From assembly GCF_001194135.2 (NCBI RefSeq), contig NC_068995.1:24938944-25002943 (forward strand): DNA of 64,000 bases, given 5' to 3'. Below are positions 48,584-62,834 of this stretch, piece after piece. Position 1 is the stretch's first letter. Every line of letters begins with the position of its first letter. The position numbers and the translations under genes were made by a program. Under the pieces are notes generated by a model. It was given only the letters and a program-made list of their open reading frames with translations, did no database searches and was not told the origin of the DNA. Source of the DNA: Octopus bimaculoides. Taxonomy: Eukaryota.

Positions 48584-51270
48584 TTCATCATCCTCGTTTA
48601 ACATCCGCTTTCCATGCTAGCATGGGTTGGACGATTTGACTGAGAACTGGCAAACCAGATAGCTACACAAGGCTCCAATCTGGTTTCTACAGCTGGATGC
48701 CCTTCCTAATGCTAACTGGTCTGAGAGTGTAGTGGGTGCTTTTATGTGCCACCGGCACGATGGCCAGTCAGGCGGTACTGGCAACGGCCATGTTCAAAAT
48801 GGTGTATTTAACATGCCACCTGCACAGGATCCAGTCCAGCGGCGCTGGTAAAGACCTCGCACAAGTGCCAGTAAGGCGACGCTGGTAACGATCACGCTCA
48901 AATGGTGCTATTTATGTGCCACTGGCACGGAAGCCAGACAGCTGCTCCGGCAATGAACACGCTCGGACGGTACTCTTAGCGCTCCACTGGTACAGGTGCC
49001 ATCACGAGTTTAGTGTCCAGTGAAGGAGAGGTTGGCATGGGTGCCAGTCGTCAAATTTGGTTCGATTTCGATTTCACTTGCCTCAACAGGTCTTCGCAAG
49101 CAGAGTTTAGTGTCCAATGAAAGAAAGGTACGCATAAGTGGGCTGGCTACACCCCTGGCAGAGGCCTCGGATTATGGGCTCACTTGGCTTGCTGGGTATT
49201 CTTAGGCACGGCATATTTCCAAAGGTCTCAGTCACAAATCATTGCTTTGGTGAAGCCTGATGTTCGAAGGTCGTGCTTCACCACCTCATCCCAGGTCTTC
49301 CTAGGTCAACCTCTTCCACAGGTTCCTTCAACCGCTGGGGTGTGGCACTTTTTCACACAGCTATCCTCATCCATTCTTGCCACATGACCATACCAGCGCA
49401 ATCGTCTCTCTTGCACACCACAACTGATGCTTCTTAGGTTCAACTTTTCTCTCAAGGTACTTACACTCTGTCAAGTATGCACACTAACATTACACATCCA
49501 TCGGAGCATACTGGCTTCATTCCTTGCAAGCTTACGCATGTCCTCAGCAGTTATGGCCCATGTTTCACTGCCATGTAGCATGGCTGTTCGTACACATGCG
49601 TCATACAGTCTCCCTTTTACTCTGAGTGAGAGGCCTTTGTCACCAGCAGAGGTAAGAGCTCTCTGAACTCTGCCCAGGCTATTCTTATTCTAGCAGCNNN
49701 NNNNNNNNNNNNNNNNNNNNNNNNNNNNNNNNNNNNNNNNNNNNNNNNNNNNNNNNNNNNNNNNNNNNNNNNNNNNNNNNNNNNNNNNNNNNNNNNNNNN
49801 NNNNNNNNNNNNNNNNNNNNNNNNNNNNNNNNNNNNNNNNNNNNNNNNNNNNNNNNNNNNNNNNNNNNNNNNNNNNNNNNNNNNNNNNNNNNNNNNNNNN
49901 NNNNNNNNNNNNNNNNNNNNNNNNNNNNNNNNNNNNNNNNNNNNNNNNNNNNNNNNNNNNNNNNNNNNNNNNNNNNNNNNNNNNNNNNNNNNNNNNNNNN
50001 NNNNNNNNNNNNNNNNNNNNNNNNNNNNNNNNNNNNNNNNNNNNNNNNNNNNNNNNNNNNNNNNNNNNNNNNNNNNNNNNNNNNNNNNNNNNNNNNNNNN
50101 NNNNNNNNNNNNNNNNNNNNNNNNNNNNNNNNNNNNNNNNNNNNNNNNNNNNNNNNNNNNNNNNNNNNNNNNNNNNNNNNNNNNNNNNNNNNNNNNNNNN
50201 NNNNNNTGAAGGACTATGATAAATAGGAGTTGGCTGAGGACTGAACCTTGGTGGACCCCTATCTCTACCCAGAATTCTTCACTGTACTCGTTGCCAACCC
50301 TCACCTTATTGACAGCGTCTCTGTACATGGCTCGCACAGCTCTCACTAACCATTCATCTATCCCTAGTTTCCTCATTGACCACCTGATAAGGGATCGAGA
50401 GACCCTGTCAAAGGCTTTCTCCATGTCAACGAAATCCAAGTACAGAAGTTTATCTTTGGCTAGGTATTTCTCCTGCAGCTCTCTTACCAGAAATATAGCA
50501 TTAGTGGTGCTTTTCCCTGGCACGAACCCAAACTGCATCTCATCTAAACTGACTCTCTCCCTAATGACTCTCTCCGTGACTTTCATTACCTGATCCAACA
50601 ACTTGATACCTCTGTAATTATTTGTATCTAAAGCATCATCTTTACCTTTGTAGCAGTTGACTATGGTGCTGCTACACCAGTCATTAGGTATGACTCCTTC
50701 GTGTATCACCTGGTTAACAATACAGGTGACTAGGCTATAGCCAACACTGCCAGATATTTTGAGCATCTCTGCNNNNNNNNNNNNNNNNNNNNNNNNNNNN
50801 NNNNNNNNNNNNNNNNNNNNNNNNNNNNNNNNNNNNNNNNNNNNNNNNNNNNNNNNNNNNNNNNNNNNNNNNNNNNNNNNNNNNNNNNNNNNNNNNNNNN
50901 NNNNNNNNTGTCGACATTCGGCAGACTCTCTTTCTCCCATTCATTCTCTTTATTGAGCAATCTTTCGTAGTGACGTCTCCAAGCCTCTTTCTTTGCAGCC
51001 TCATTTAGTGCAAGTGAGCCATCATCCATGCGAACACATTTCTTTCCTACATCACGATTCTCTCTCACACACTGTCTTGCAACACGAAATACTTCAAGTC
51101 TTTGGTCCTCACGGCGCAGAATATAGGCAATTTTTTTCTTATCTGCTTCCCCTCTGGCTAAATAAACCTGTCGCCTGGCTTCCCTTCTGGCAGTCTGATA
51201 CAATTCCCTGCTACCACTGTTCTTCCAGTCCTTCCAAGCCTGTTTCTTTCGTCTAGTAGCCCTAGCAGTC
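48584..51270 (-). mobile_element. RTE-clade LINE, 5'-truncated, with long 3' UTR and (GAT)-type tail
   Basis: NNYRGIKLL...MQFGFVPGKSTTNAIF...DFVDMEKAFDRV...GVHQGSVLSQLLF (RT); 3' UTR about 48584-49260. Confidence 0.9.
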
Positions 51271-51929
51271 GTCTTATACTACAGCTATGAAATAAATTCA
51301 TGAGCTTTTTTACAAATTTTGACCTCGTCTTATCTAAAGGTTGTGTTATACATGGAAATATATGTAATTTCTAATTTCAGCACACACAAAATACAAAAGG
51401 CTGCACTAAATATATAAAGAAATACAGAAATATTTAACTGAAATAAGTACTCCACTCACAAATTCTTTAAAAACCATAGACACAACTAGCACTAAGCATA
51501 GGTATACAGCAGAAAGGTTAGATACAATAATTTTAATTAAAGAATTGAAACAGAGCCATCAACAATACACATAATATGGGAACTGAAACTTTTCTGTGGG
51601 CAATGCTCAAAATGGTGAAATAAACTAGATTACAACAAAGAATAGTCACATGTAGCACCAAGGATTACAACTGAAATGGTACACCTTTTGTTTTGGCTTG
51701 TTGGTTTCCTTTTGTTAAGTTTTTTTTTTTTCTTTACTGTCTCTCAAAGTAACAATTAAAGGGGTGTCCTTTGGTTGTTTCTTTGAGGGTACACTCAAAA
51801 CCCATCTGCTTTTTGAGAGGTAGATATATGTTACTTTTCCCCCAGCTATAATTTATTTTCAATAAATTCTAGTCAAGTTGGCAAAATTTTTGAAAAATAT
51901 CTCTCTGGCACCATGGATAAAGTTAACAG

Positions 51930-52330
51930 ATTAATTCTCCCCAGCCAACCTTACAGCTTTGACCAGTTTTATTGTGGAAACAGTAACTTTTGGGCCCTGC
52001 TGCTGTTGTTGCATGCTAGCTCCGTTGCTGCATGCCACTTTCTCTCCTCTTGTGCCTTTCCACTTCCTTGGGAATCTTCAAGTGCCTCTTCAACACATAT
52101 AACAACTGGCATTTCTGCCCTGCAACATCGATTGCACCACTTTTGTTTCTGCACTCATGATGAGGTATAGCTTCAGGATGGATCTTTGATATTTGGTACT
52201 CATTAGGACCTGTATATCTATGCAGACCTCACTCAACATGTCATTTCTGATCACTTTGCTGCTGACAACCTGCCTGTATTATACCATAAGGGTCATAAAG
52301 AGACAAAAGTCAAATGTCCAACCCAATGTC
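51930..52330 (-). mobile_element. RTE/BovB-like ORF C-terminal relic
   Basis: ...ERHKRRE...ATTAAGPKSYCFH...SCKVGWGL resembles the terminal Zn-finger region of BovB-type RTEs. Confidence 0.45.
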
Positions 52331-52619
52331 TTTAACCATGACACTTGTGTTATAATTTCCTAAACTTGAGAACAAATGCACTAACTTGGTCTGTTGTCTC
52401 ACCTCATTCTCAGTTTCAAAGACGAGCTACATAATCCAGGGTTTTCTTCAATTGATCCATTGAGGGTAGATTTTTTTGAGAAGATGTATGTTACTTTTCT
52501 CTTTGTCTTTTTTGTTTTTCAAATAAGGTGGCAAAATTTTTGTGACATATCTCTCTTACTGTCTCCAGCGAGCTGATTCATGTGTAATACCTCTTTTTTA
52601 GCTCAAGACTTTAGTGAAC

Positions 52620-53110
52620 CTGTTCTTGTTATTGTCTATAGAAATTTCTTTGCGAGGCGATGACTACTGACCGAGACCTTTGGAAATGTGCTGTGCGTGA
52701 GAAGACCCGGCAAGCCAAGTAAGATCGTTGCCAGTGTCCCTGGACTGGTTCTTGTGCGGGTGGCACATGAGATGCACCATTTTGAGCGTGGCCGTTGCCA
52801 GTACCGCCTGACTGGCTCCTGTAGGATTTTCGAGCGAGATCGTTGCCAGTGCCCCTGGACTGGCTTGTGCGGGTGGCACATAAAAGACACCATTTCGAGC
52901 GTGGCCGTTTTCGTGCGGGTGACACATAAAAGCACCCACTACACTCTCTGAGTGGTTGGCGTTAGGAAGGGCATCCAGCTGTAGAAACTCTGCCAAATCA
53001 GACTGGAGCCTGGTGTTGCCATCCGGTTTCACCAGTCCTCAGTCAAATCGTCCAACCCATGCTAGCATGGAAAGCGGACGTTAAACGATGATGATGATGA
53101 TGATGATGAT
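52620..53110 (+). mobile_element. 3'-UTR-only copy of the RTE family at 48584
   Basis: Ends aggaagggcatccagctgtagaaac...catgctagcatggaaagcggacgttaaac(gat)n; internal cgttgccagt-anchored repeats. Confidence 0.85.
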
Positions 53111-54344
53111 TGCCAAATGCTTCTGGATTTTTCAAAGTGCCATTGTTTGCATGTTTGTTTAAATGACATAATAGTTTCATCCTTTTTTTTATAGTGTTTT
53201 ATTTTTATAATTTTCAATAAGTTTTTCTTTTGTGAAATGTTTGGATGTAACTGGTGCTACAACTCTTGATATTATCAATTACTGCTACCCCAGATGAAAA
53301 AAGACACCATCTTTTCAAATTTGTAAATAAGTAAATATTTTTTAAATTGTGTAAATATTTAAAAAAACAAAATTTTATGTCTATTCTGTGGTAATAAAGT
53401 AGATATCTAAAGAATTCCAGAGTCTCTTATTTATAAATATGCCAAAGAGAAATGTTTTAACATTAAATGTAATGTAGTAATATGTAAACAATGGCAAAAG
53501 TGAAACATGGCACATCACCAGTAAATAGTAACTGTTTTTAATATAGGTACAGGACACACATTTGGCGTAACAAGGTTAGGTGGTTATATCAACCCCATAT
53601 TTGATTGGAGTTGATATAATCAGAAGAAACTGCTTGTCTTTTCTTAGTAAAATAAGATATCAGGATGATCTTTGTGACAACCTTGGCTAAAATTGCTCAG
53701 ATCATCAATGTTTCAGATGAATGAGAGCATGAAGAACTTTTGTCACTCTCCTTACATTTTGGAACAGCTGATAATGCTACTGTACCTGGTGAGTTTATCC
53801 TAAACCTAGGATGAACCTGCCATCACCACCAGTTGTTTAGAAGGACTGCTCTATTGATCTTCACGGATGCCTAGAGTACACCCAGGACACCATTGCTAAT
53901 ACTAACCTCTAACTTTCTATAAAATGCATGGGTTGACATTCCACTGACCACATTGTGACTGTTAGATGACTGTGAGCACCTTGAAATGTTTTAAACATCA
54001 TCAACATTATGCACATAATCTTTGCTTTTGCTCAGTCTAAGATTGAAAGACCATTGTATATGTATGCATTTGTGTGTGTGTGTGCATGCATATGTGTGTG
54101 TCTAATTACTTTTGCATTCACACCACTTGTGTAGTGAACTCATAAACAAAATACATGGCTGCAGTTTAATGTGTGAAGACCAGTGAAATAGAGTAACTTC
54201 TTTGACAAAAAGTAAGGATTAGTATCAGAATTGTCATTTACCAAAAAGGGTCTCATCCAACCCATGCAAGCATGGAAAAAGCAAACAAAAACAATCATGA
54301 TATATCTATTTTATTTATTTGCATATCTATAAATGTATACAGTG

Positions 54345-55580
54345 CATGAGAGATTGACTGACATGGTCTGGCAATATGAGGTTCTTGAGAAGACCTGCCC
54401 ACGTCATTGAAACTGAGTTCTATAAGTGTTGTGTCCCACCCAAATTTAGAAAACTTCTCACACACCATACTACAACAAATCAAACTACATCTCTTCTCTT
54501 CATCACATTTCTACTTCATGCACTATGCTTAACTTCCACCCACCAATCCTGTCCTCTTGACCCTGTCTCACTGTATCATTGCTATCCACTAGCCCCCTCG
54601 ACCTGTATGTTCCACCCACACATAACAGGAAAACTTTTCACACACCCTACCCCCAACAAACCAATCTACGTCTCTTCTCTTCCTCACATTTCCTCCTTCG
54701 TGTACTATGCCTACTCTCATTCTTCAGTTCTATCCTAATGGCCCTGTTTCTCTGTATCATTGCTATCCAGTAGCCCTCCTACTCTATATATACCCAGGTT
54801 TTCACCACTCACTTCCCCTCTGCACTCCCTAATCATGCTTCTTTGGCAATATCCTGCCACTTATTTTATGACCTTTGAACCTCAAGGGTATGCCCTGGCA
54901 CTTACCACCATCTATATCTCTCTCTCTCTGCCTTTACTTGACCATCTCATTTATATTCTGATCCCTGTCCCTTGTTAGTATGTCCAGCACTTTACCACCA
55001 ACTCTATCTTGCTCTCTCTCCTTCTCTTGCATTTCCCTCAGGTTGGGAAACCATGTATCTCCTTGGTGGCAGCACACCTGTTCCTGTCTTCATTCCTGAT
55101 TGCTCTCTCTTTCTCCCTCTCTCTCTTTCCCTCTCTCTCTCTCTCTCTCTCACTGGCCAGGTAACCTTGTACCTCCTCTACAGCAAGACACCTGTCTCTG
55201 TCTCACTTTCATCATCTGACACAAGATCACCTCCTCCAATGCCCTTCCCCTCTCTAAAGATTTTTGTCTTGCAAGTTACTTGGTGACCCTGTCAGTGCAG
55301 GTGCCACTTAAAAAGCATCCAGTCCACACTGTAAAGTGGTTGGCATTTGGAAAGGCACCCAGCTGTAAAAACCTTGCCAAAACCGACCTCGCCTGTGATT
55401 GTGCCATGTAAAAAGCACTAAGTTCACTCTGCTAGGTGATTGGTGTTAGGAAGGGCATGCAACTGTAAAAATCCTGCAAAAACAGTCACAGAAGACTGGT
55501 GCAAGCTTCTGCCTGGCTGGTTCCTGTGAAACCGTCCCACCCTGCCAGCATGGAAAGCAGATGTTAAACAATGATGATGA
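54345..55580 (+). mobile_element. RTE 3' UTR, second subfamily with CT-rich spacer
   Basis: Same terminal motifs (ggaagggcat..agctgtaaaaa; ccagcatggaaagcagatgttaaacaatgatgat); start matches 63290-63350. Confidence 0.65.
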
Positions 55581-56334
55581 TGAGATAGTGTTTTATTGTT
55601 TAGTCTCTCCTTGCACATTCACACATAAAGTAAAGGTGACATACCTTTTCCCTTGTATATTTACAAAATATACTTTTATATATATAAAAAAATTGACCAA
55701 ATATCCTACCTCTTCCCTATCCTCATCTCCATCACCAACTACATTTGATAAAGGAGCTACAAAATACAGCTATAATGAAAATGTCCACTCTTGGATATAT
55801 CATAGGACATATTCTCCCCAGTCTCTCCTCTTAAGTTCGTTTGTACTTGATGTATCAGGTCATAATGGCAGAGATATAATAGTTATCTAAAACACACACA
55901 CACTGTCAATAATTTTATGTGTGTTTACCACTTTGATCATAATACTAATTAAGTTTACATTTATGACCCAATAACTAATGTACAATTTCACAAGTTACAA
56001 TGGTATAGATGATGATGATTGACAAAAGACTTGAATATCTAAAAATAATATAGAGTAAGCCTTGAACAAAAGTGAATATAACTGTGTATGTGAATTTTTA
56101 AGTGCCTGTTGTGACTTTACCATGAATTAATTGTTTTAGTTTCAACATGTAGTCTCAGATTAAAGGTACTTTGATATATCTTTTTTATAATTTTAAAATT
56201 ATTTTTATTTTTATTTTGAATTCAACAAAGTTGATTTATTGCCAATCTGAAAAAAATGGTTTCTCTCCTATCACTAGAACTACAATTTTTTCCTGCTAAA
56301 ATACTTGTTATCATCGTCATCAAAACATTATCAT

Positions 56335-56700
56335 TTAACATCCATTTCCCATGATGGCATGAGTTGGATGGTTTGACAGGAGCTGGCCAACCAGAGAGTT
56401 GTCCAAGCTCCAATTGTCTGTTTTGGTATGGTTTCTACAGCTGGATGCCCTTCCTAATGCCAACCACTCTTTACAAACTGTGCTGGGTCCTTTTTGTGTG
56501 GCACTGGTATGAGTGCATTTTATGTGGCACTGACTCCTGTAAAACAAAGACCTCCTGGCTGGGAAAGGGAGTGGGGGCATGGCCATAAAAGACATGCCTG
56601 TATGTATGGATGGCCATGATTTTATTGAGGTTGATGTGTCTTGTCAAGTACAGCAAATCACTAGAAGTCTTGGTCCCTTGTCATCTCCTCGGTGAGGCCG
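56335..56700 (-). mobile_element. RTE 3'-end fragment
   Basis: catttaacatccatttccc...tacagctggatgcccttcctaatgccaacc. Confidence 0.7.
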
Positions 56701-57548
56701 AACATGAGAAATTATGATAAGGTAAATGCCTGTTAACTCGTTTCTTAGGTAAAACCTCAGAGTTTCTGAAACTAAAATGAAGAGTTCCTGACATATTTAG
56801 TAATTTTCTTTCATAACCAACTTTCAACTTAATTTTGTCTCTCTCTTCTCTCTTTTCTCACTTACCCTCTTTCACTCTCCTTCTTTCCCCTTTGCTCTCT
56901 CTTTCGTTAATCTTTTTGTTTGATATTATCATCATTTTAACAACATTAGTTGGAGGTTAGAAGTGTCTAGAAGGCAGTGTCTGCATTTGATTTGAAGAAC
57001 TTCTCTCCCATTTTATGTACCCTTTACGTACAATTTATGTCTATTTATTATCTAGCATATATTATCTCTATATCATATTACATGATTATGCAAAGTCACT
57101 TCTCTTACACATTCACTAATAGTTTTGCTCTTTGTTACCTTCTCCACCCACTTTTATTCAGTCACATAGTTTAGATAATCATTTATCATATTAATTTACA
57201 TGAAGTCAATAAAATGTTGATAAAGAAATGCTTGCTCACACTTTCCCAATTACATGATAACTTTTTCTCTAAAAGTTTTGGTATGTCAAATATCCATCTT
57301 GTTTTTGAGTTGCTAGGCAATGGACAAATAATGTCCACTGACTTTTACTGAGCATCATAGATGACCATTGCTCTTTCTGAAACAGAAATGGGGAGTGAAA
57401 TTGGTTGCTCTGCTCATTTACAAATGAGTCATTCAGTTAAGTCAAAAATCTCTGTAAATAAATAAAATTGTTCAAATAAAGCATATTCAAAGCTTTGGCA
57501 ATTAATTTTTTAAATTTTGTTTTGTTTTACAGATTGTCTAAAATAGGA

Positions 57549-57582
57549 ATGCCAACAACCAAGAGAACTGTCCTTGTAACAG
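57549..57582 (+). CDS. PGPEP1: Pyroglutamyl-peptidase I (peptidase C15), first coding exon MPTTKRTVLVT(G)
   Basis: Acceptor tttgttttacag at 57532, donor ACAG|GTAAGA; joins in frame to 60905 giving VTGFGPFG. Confidence 0.9.
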
Positions 57583-57964
57583 GTAAGAGGAGATTTTATT
57601 CATAAATGAAAGAGTTTTAAGTGTTTACACAGCAATACATGAAACATCATCAACAGTCACCTGTTTGTAACCTAATGCACTAAAATGCAATCGTAGTTTA
57701 GATCAGTTTACCATTGACTTTATTTGATCATTTTCAAAATATATTGAGTCACATAACCAATATAATTTCAGACATAATTAATAAATGATCAATGTATATA
57801 GAATTTGAGATTTGAGTCTGGAAAATGTTTTACATTAGAAGTAAATTACTGGGAGCTGAGTCAGGGATCTAATTTAGATTCTTGTTGAACCATTTCACTT
57901 TACTTGTTTCACACCAATCCCTTTTCTCTCATCCATAATTTTGAGCTTTTCTGTTTACACAAGG

Positions 57965-59087
57965 TCAGGTGAGTGTCATAGAACTTAAATAATCTGGCAA
58001 ACAAGATCTTAATTTCTGGTCATACTTATTGTTTCTCTTTCTTCACTAATGTTATTCATTTTCTCATCCTTTGTAATTGAAAACTTTGTACCTTGTGTTT
58101 GCTGTGCAAGCTGTGTTAAGATTTTATATCTGAATGTTAATGAGACAAACAAGCAAAACAACTCAGACTAATAAAGAATTTATAACACTTGTCCGGAATA
58201 TATGTTAACTCAGTTTAGCTTAATATTTCCAATTTTAATTGAAATTTTTGAGTCATCAACCATTTATAATTTTATGCAATTTTGAGCTGTCATTCCTAGC
58301 TTGAACACTCAGTGCAAATATTCCAATGTTGCAACCTTCACTAACATTGAATATTTGAAGCTAATATCTGCTGCACCTTATAAAGCTATCACCAGAGTAA
58401 ACCAAAGTGTGATGTGATGCCAACTTGAAAATCACTAAAATAGGAGCTGTGTTATTAAGGTGTCTAAGTTCTGAGATTATGCTTGTATCCATTTCTGCAG
58501 AAAGTAGATTCATTAAGATTTAATTCAGTTAAAGTTGAAATAATGAAACCTTTTGAGTATAAATAGAAGCTGAATAATCTATATAGAGAGTTTTAAATCT
58601 TCCTTTCTTATAAATGAAGCAGTTTGGCTCAGCGGTTAAGGTTAACCTCCACTTACAAATTCTTACTCTAACCGTTTGGAAAAGTTACGTCTTTTAGTCT
58701 TATTTACAAGTACTCCAACAATTGTTACTCTCTTAATTTGCTAATTGTGTCCCACTCTTAACTTATTACATTCACTACATCTCTGTTACTCTTCCCACCG
58801 TCTCTGTGTCCCACCTTCTAGACAAATGTTATAAATTCATCATTAGTCTGAGTTCTTTTGCTTGTTTGTCTCATTAACATTCAGATAGAAAATCTTAACA
58901 CAGCTTGCACAGCAAACATAAAGTACAAAGTCTTCAATTACAAAAGATGAGAAAATGACAGAATGAAATGCATGCCTTTCTGAATAACATTAGTGAAGAA
59001 AGAGAAACGATAAGTATGACCAGAAATTAAGAGCTGATCCTAGACTTGGTTTGCTAGATTATTTATGTTCTATGGCACTCACCTGAT
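57965..59087. repeat. Long inverted repeat (arms 57965-58193 and 58820-59087), probable foldback/MITE
   Basis: Arms are reverse complements, roughly 90% by eye, with two small insertions in the right arm; about 625-bp spacer. Confidence 0.85.
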
Positions 59088-60904
59088 CTATTCCTTGTCA
59101 TAATATTTCTCTTTTTTCCATTATTTGTGTTCTCTCCAACCTTCAACAACTCTAAATGAACATTAACCATATTAACCTAACACAGCTATTCAAACCTCTC
59201 TCCTAGAAGGGCCTAACAACTTTGCCCGTCTCAGTCAACAAAACAAGGAAATATCAAGCATAAATCTTTTCAATAGCACAAGTATCAGTTGTAGCTTTTA
59301 TTGTTGAATTATATTGATCAAACATTTGAGTATGATCCATACAACCAGCACCCTGGTTATATATTTTTATTTTACCTGGGACCATGCTAGTACGCCGCAG
59401 TACACAATAAAGAGCATAAAGCTTTTTCTTATGTATTATGTTGTGTGGTAAGTGAAGAATTGTTGCATGCAGGTTTTTGTGATAAATGGGGACATGCTTT
59501 ATTGTAAGACAAAGCCTATTGCATCCAGTTCATTGTTTAGCCTTTCTTTGTACGTCCACACCTTTCATTGATGCAGAAATTAGTAAATCTCTTTTCATGT
59601 TCCTGTATCTTTGATGACATTATTTCACTTTATTTAATCTTTTTTTTTACTGTCTCTGTTTATGGCAGGTGATTTAATACAAATAATGAAAATGGCAGAC
59701 CAGCTGCTATTTTTATCATTTACGTGAGTCAGTTTCATGACTCACTGTCCTGAGAACAAGTACTATATTAGGATTGATTCAAATGACTCTTAACTCCATT
59801 TGCATTCATACATACACAAAAACATTATCCTTTTGACAACTTAGCAGAAATCAGTATCTTCTCATATCAGATTTATGATAACCACCACATTCACAAATAA
59901 CTAAGAAGGAGGAATAGCTTCCACTCAAAACAAGATGGAGATAAAATAAACACCTTTGATATCTTATGTGATGTCACAATACCTGTGACCTCCTATGGAT
60001 GAGTACAAAAGGAAAAAAACAAACCAATTAATGATTGAGAAGACAGTTTGAGAAATTGCAGAAGCAGCTTGATTTACATTTGCATTCTGTGGATTACTTA
60101 CAGAAAAGTGTAGGGCCTAGCCCCACATTTATGGATGAAGTGATGCCTAGAACTCTTCAAGATCTCGAGAAAGATTAAGCATCTGTTAAAAAAAGAGAAA
60201 TGTGTCATTTGAGAATAAAGTTAATATGAGGGAGAAAGATTAACATATATACAGATCTGAAGAGGAATCATTCAAGGGAACAGCCTCTCTTCCATCTTAT
60301 TTGTAATCACACTGATCCCTTTGTCAATTATAGTGAACAAAGCTAAAGAAGAATACTCACTACAAAAGAATAGGGGAAAAGTGAATCATGCGTTTTTCAA
60401 GGAGAGGTGCGAAACTGCATTAGCCCTTAGTTTACTTACAAACAATCCCAGTTTAAATGCAGAAATATATGTTGTAGCAAAACTGCTGTTTGTCATGTAA
60501 CGTAATTAATTAATATTTACTGTATTTTACGATTTATATAATTAATTTATATTTATGCTCAAACTTTGCGAATGTTCTTGGATCATTGTTTCCCAAGAAT
60601 CCCAAAAATGTTTTTTTGTGGCACAGTGGTGTGTTGTGGCACACAGTTTGGCAGACACTATTCTAGAACATCTGTTGTGGTGTGATAAAAAGCATAATTA
60701 AACCAGACACTAGACTAATTCTGTGAAACAACAGATTGTTGTCCTCATCGCTGGTAGATAGATGGACTTTTACTGCTTAATGATGGTTAAACTGGAAAAA
60801 AACAAAAAAACTGAAATATGAAAATGTATAGAAGAAAATGAACTTAATATCTGTTTCGTTGTAATAAATTTTATTTTTTATCTTTTTTCTTCTTTTCTTA
60901 ACAG

Positions 60905-61074
60905 GCTTCGGGCCTTTTGGAGTACACAAAGTCAATGCCAGTTGGGTTGTAGTACAACATGTAGCCAAACTAGGCCTTGGTGATGATGTCTGCCTTATTG
61001 TTAAAGAAGTACCTGTAGCTTATAAAAGTGTTAAAACTGATATTCCCTTGTTATGGTCTGAATTCAATCCTGTG
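60905..61074 (+). CDS. PGPEP1: Pyroglutamyl-peptidase I, second coding exon
   Basis: GFGPFGVHKVNASWVVVQHVAKLGLGDDVCLIVKEVPVAYKSVKTDIPLLWSEFNPV matches human GFGPFGEHTVNASWIAVQELEKLGLGDSVDLHVYEIPVEYQTVQRLIPALWEKHSPQ; ttcttaacag acceptor, GTG|GTGAGT donor. Confidence 0.95.
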
Positions 61075-62834
61075 GTGAGTGAGAAGAAAGAAAATATTAT
61101 TTACATTAAACTGTTTATATATGGCATATTTGTTCAAAAACAAAATAATTTCTCCTTAACTTGGTGATCAAATTATGAACAATTGCTTAAAAATATACAG
61201 AAAATTTTCTCTGAAATTTTATTAACCTTTCTTTATATATAGAAGAAGCAACAAAAGATATTTCTTATCAAAAGATCTTTCATATAAAATGAAAATAAAA
61301 TTTAGGTTAAATGAGAGAATTAAAGTAACTTTTGTCTTAAAAGTTTAGTTGACTTGTAGAAAAGATGATTGCAATTGTCTTCCATTCACATTAATGTGCT
61401 TACACTATGGTAAGCTTGGATTCAGGTAGCTGGGTCGGACTTAGGAGGTTAAGCCTTGCTGAGGAGTCAACAAGTGAAAGCAGTGCACAAAGAGATTGCA
61501 TGTTACTATCCATGATGAAGATGATGATAATGATGAGGATGATGATGACTGTGATGGTAATAATATCAATAACAATTACTACACTTCATAGCAGTGGTAA
61601 AAGGGGCATCAGTTTGTGAAAACAACTGTGCTTCTTTATGTAGATATCGAATTTAACTAAATCTCATGCAGAGTAGCTTGAAAAAAATAGATATAATGCA
61701 AGGACGGAAAAACCTGTAGTAGGAAAATACACTAACCATAAAAATATTAATAGCAGGAAGAATATATATGAAATTAACCCACTGGAGCCATATTTTTGGT
61801 TTATCAGTAATTTCAGATTTGATGCAAAGCTGAATTCCCAACATAATGAGAACTGGTAAACCCACTGTTAAGAGCCAGTTACATTAGAAATAGATCACTC
61901 AATCAGAATAAAGATATGTCAGTGTAGTTTTAAGCTCTTGACAAATGTCTGTATACAGACAGCTTTATGTTAGGTGTTGTTTTCTATATTTGTTCCAATT
62001 TTTTTCAATCGTGAAGTTCATTACATCCAAACATTTCCAGAGAGGAAAGACAAAGGCATAGATTATTTACAACTTGTGAAGTAATGCAAATTTTAGAAGA
62101 TTCTCATGAAAATCCATAAGAATTTGATGAAATATATATATAAAGAATGACTTGGAATTAGATGAAGATGAAAGATTTCAAGTGGAAAGTGTTAATGATA
62201 TGTTTCAAGTGATGGGACATGGGTCTGGATCAGCTTATAGTAGCAGTGATACAATATTAGTGTTAGATTAACAGATTATTGGTTCCAGATAATATCCTCA
62301 ATTTTTAAGCATTTTTTTTGTTTAATTACTTTATGTCAGTTTCATTTCATTTGAGAAATGAGCAACTTCTTTATCATAGTTGGCAACTTTGACAGACATG
62401 TTAACCAACATGTTGATAGTTTCTTTGACATATAATGAGGCTAGGGATATAATCTCAAAGAAAGGAGGGTGTAAGTCTCCTGGAATTCTGTGATACAACT
62501 GATCTGACAAATGGCAAGATGCACGCTTTAAGAAACCAGCCAACTACTTTATCACTTACCAATCTGGCAAACACGCAATTTGGATAAATTACATTATCAC
62601 TGGGAAACCGGACTGAGAGGCTACTGAATTGATATGGTTGATAGGACAATAAAAGCTTAGTTACAGGCTTTGTAAACCAGTAAGAAAGGTGATAGTAATA
62701 AACATTATCAAATTACTGGAAGGTGGCCAAGTGACTAGTCTACGCAACTAAAGGTGAGGCAGAAAGGAAAAATGTTGTACTTGTTTTGCAACATGAGAAT
62801 CAGACATGAAGTGTTCAGGATTGTGAGACAGAAC

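Noticed and set aside
48740-49010. CRISPR-like repeat array
   Set aside because: Repeats are degenerate, irregular, and part of an RTE 3' UTR in a eukaryote.
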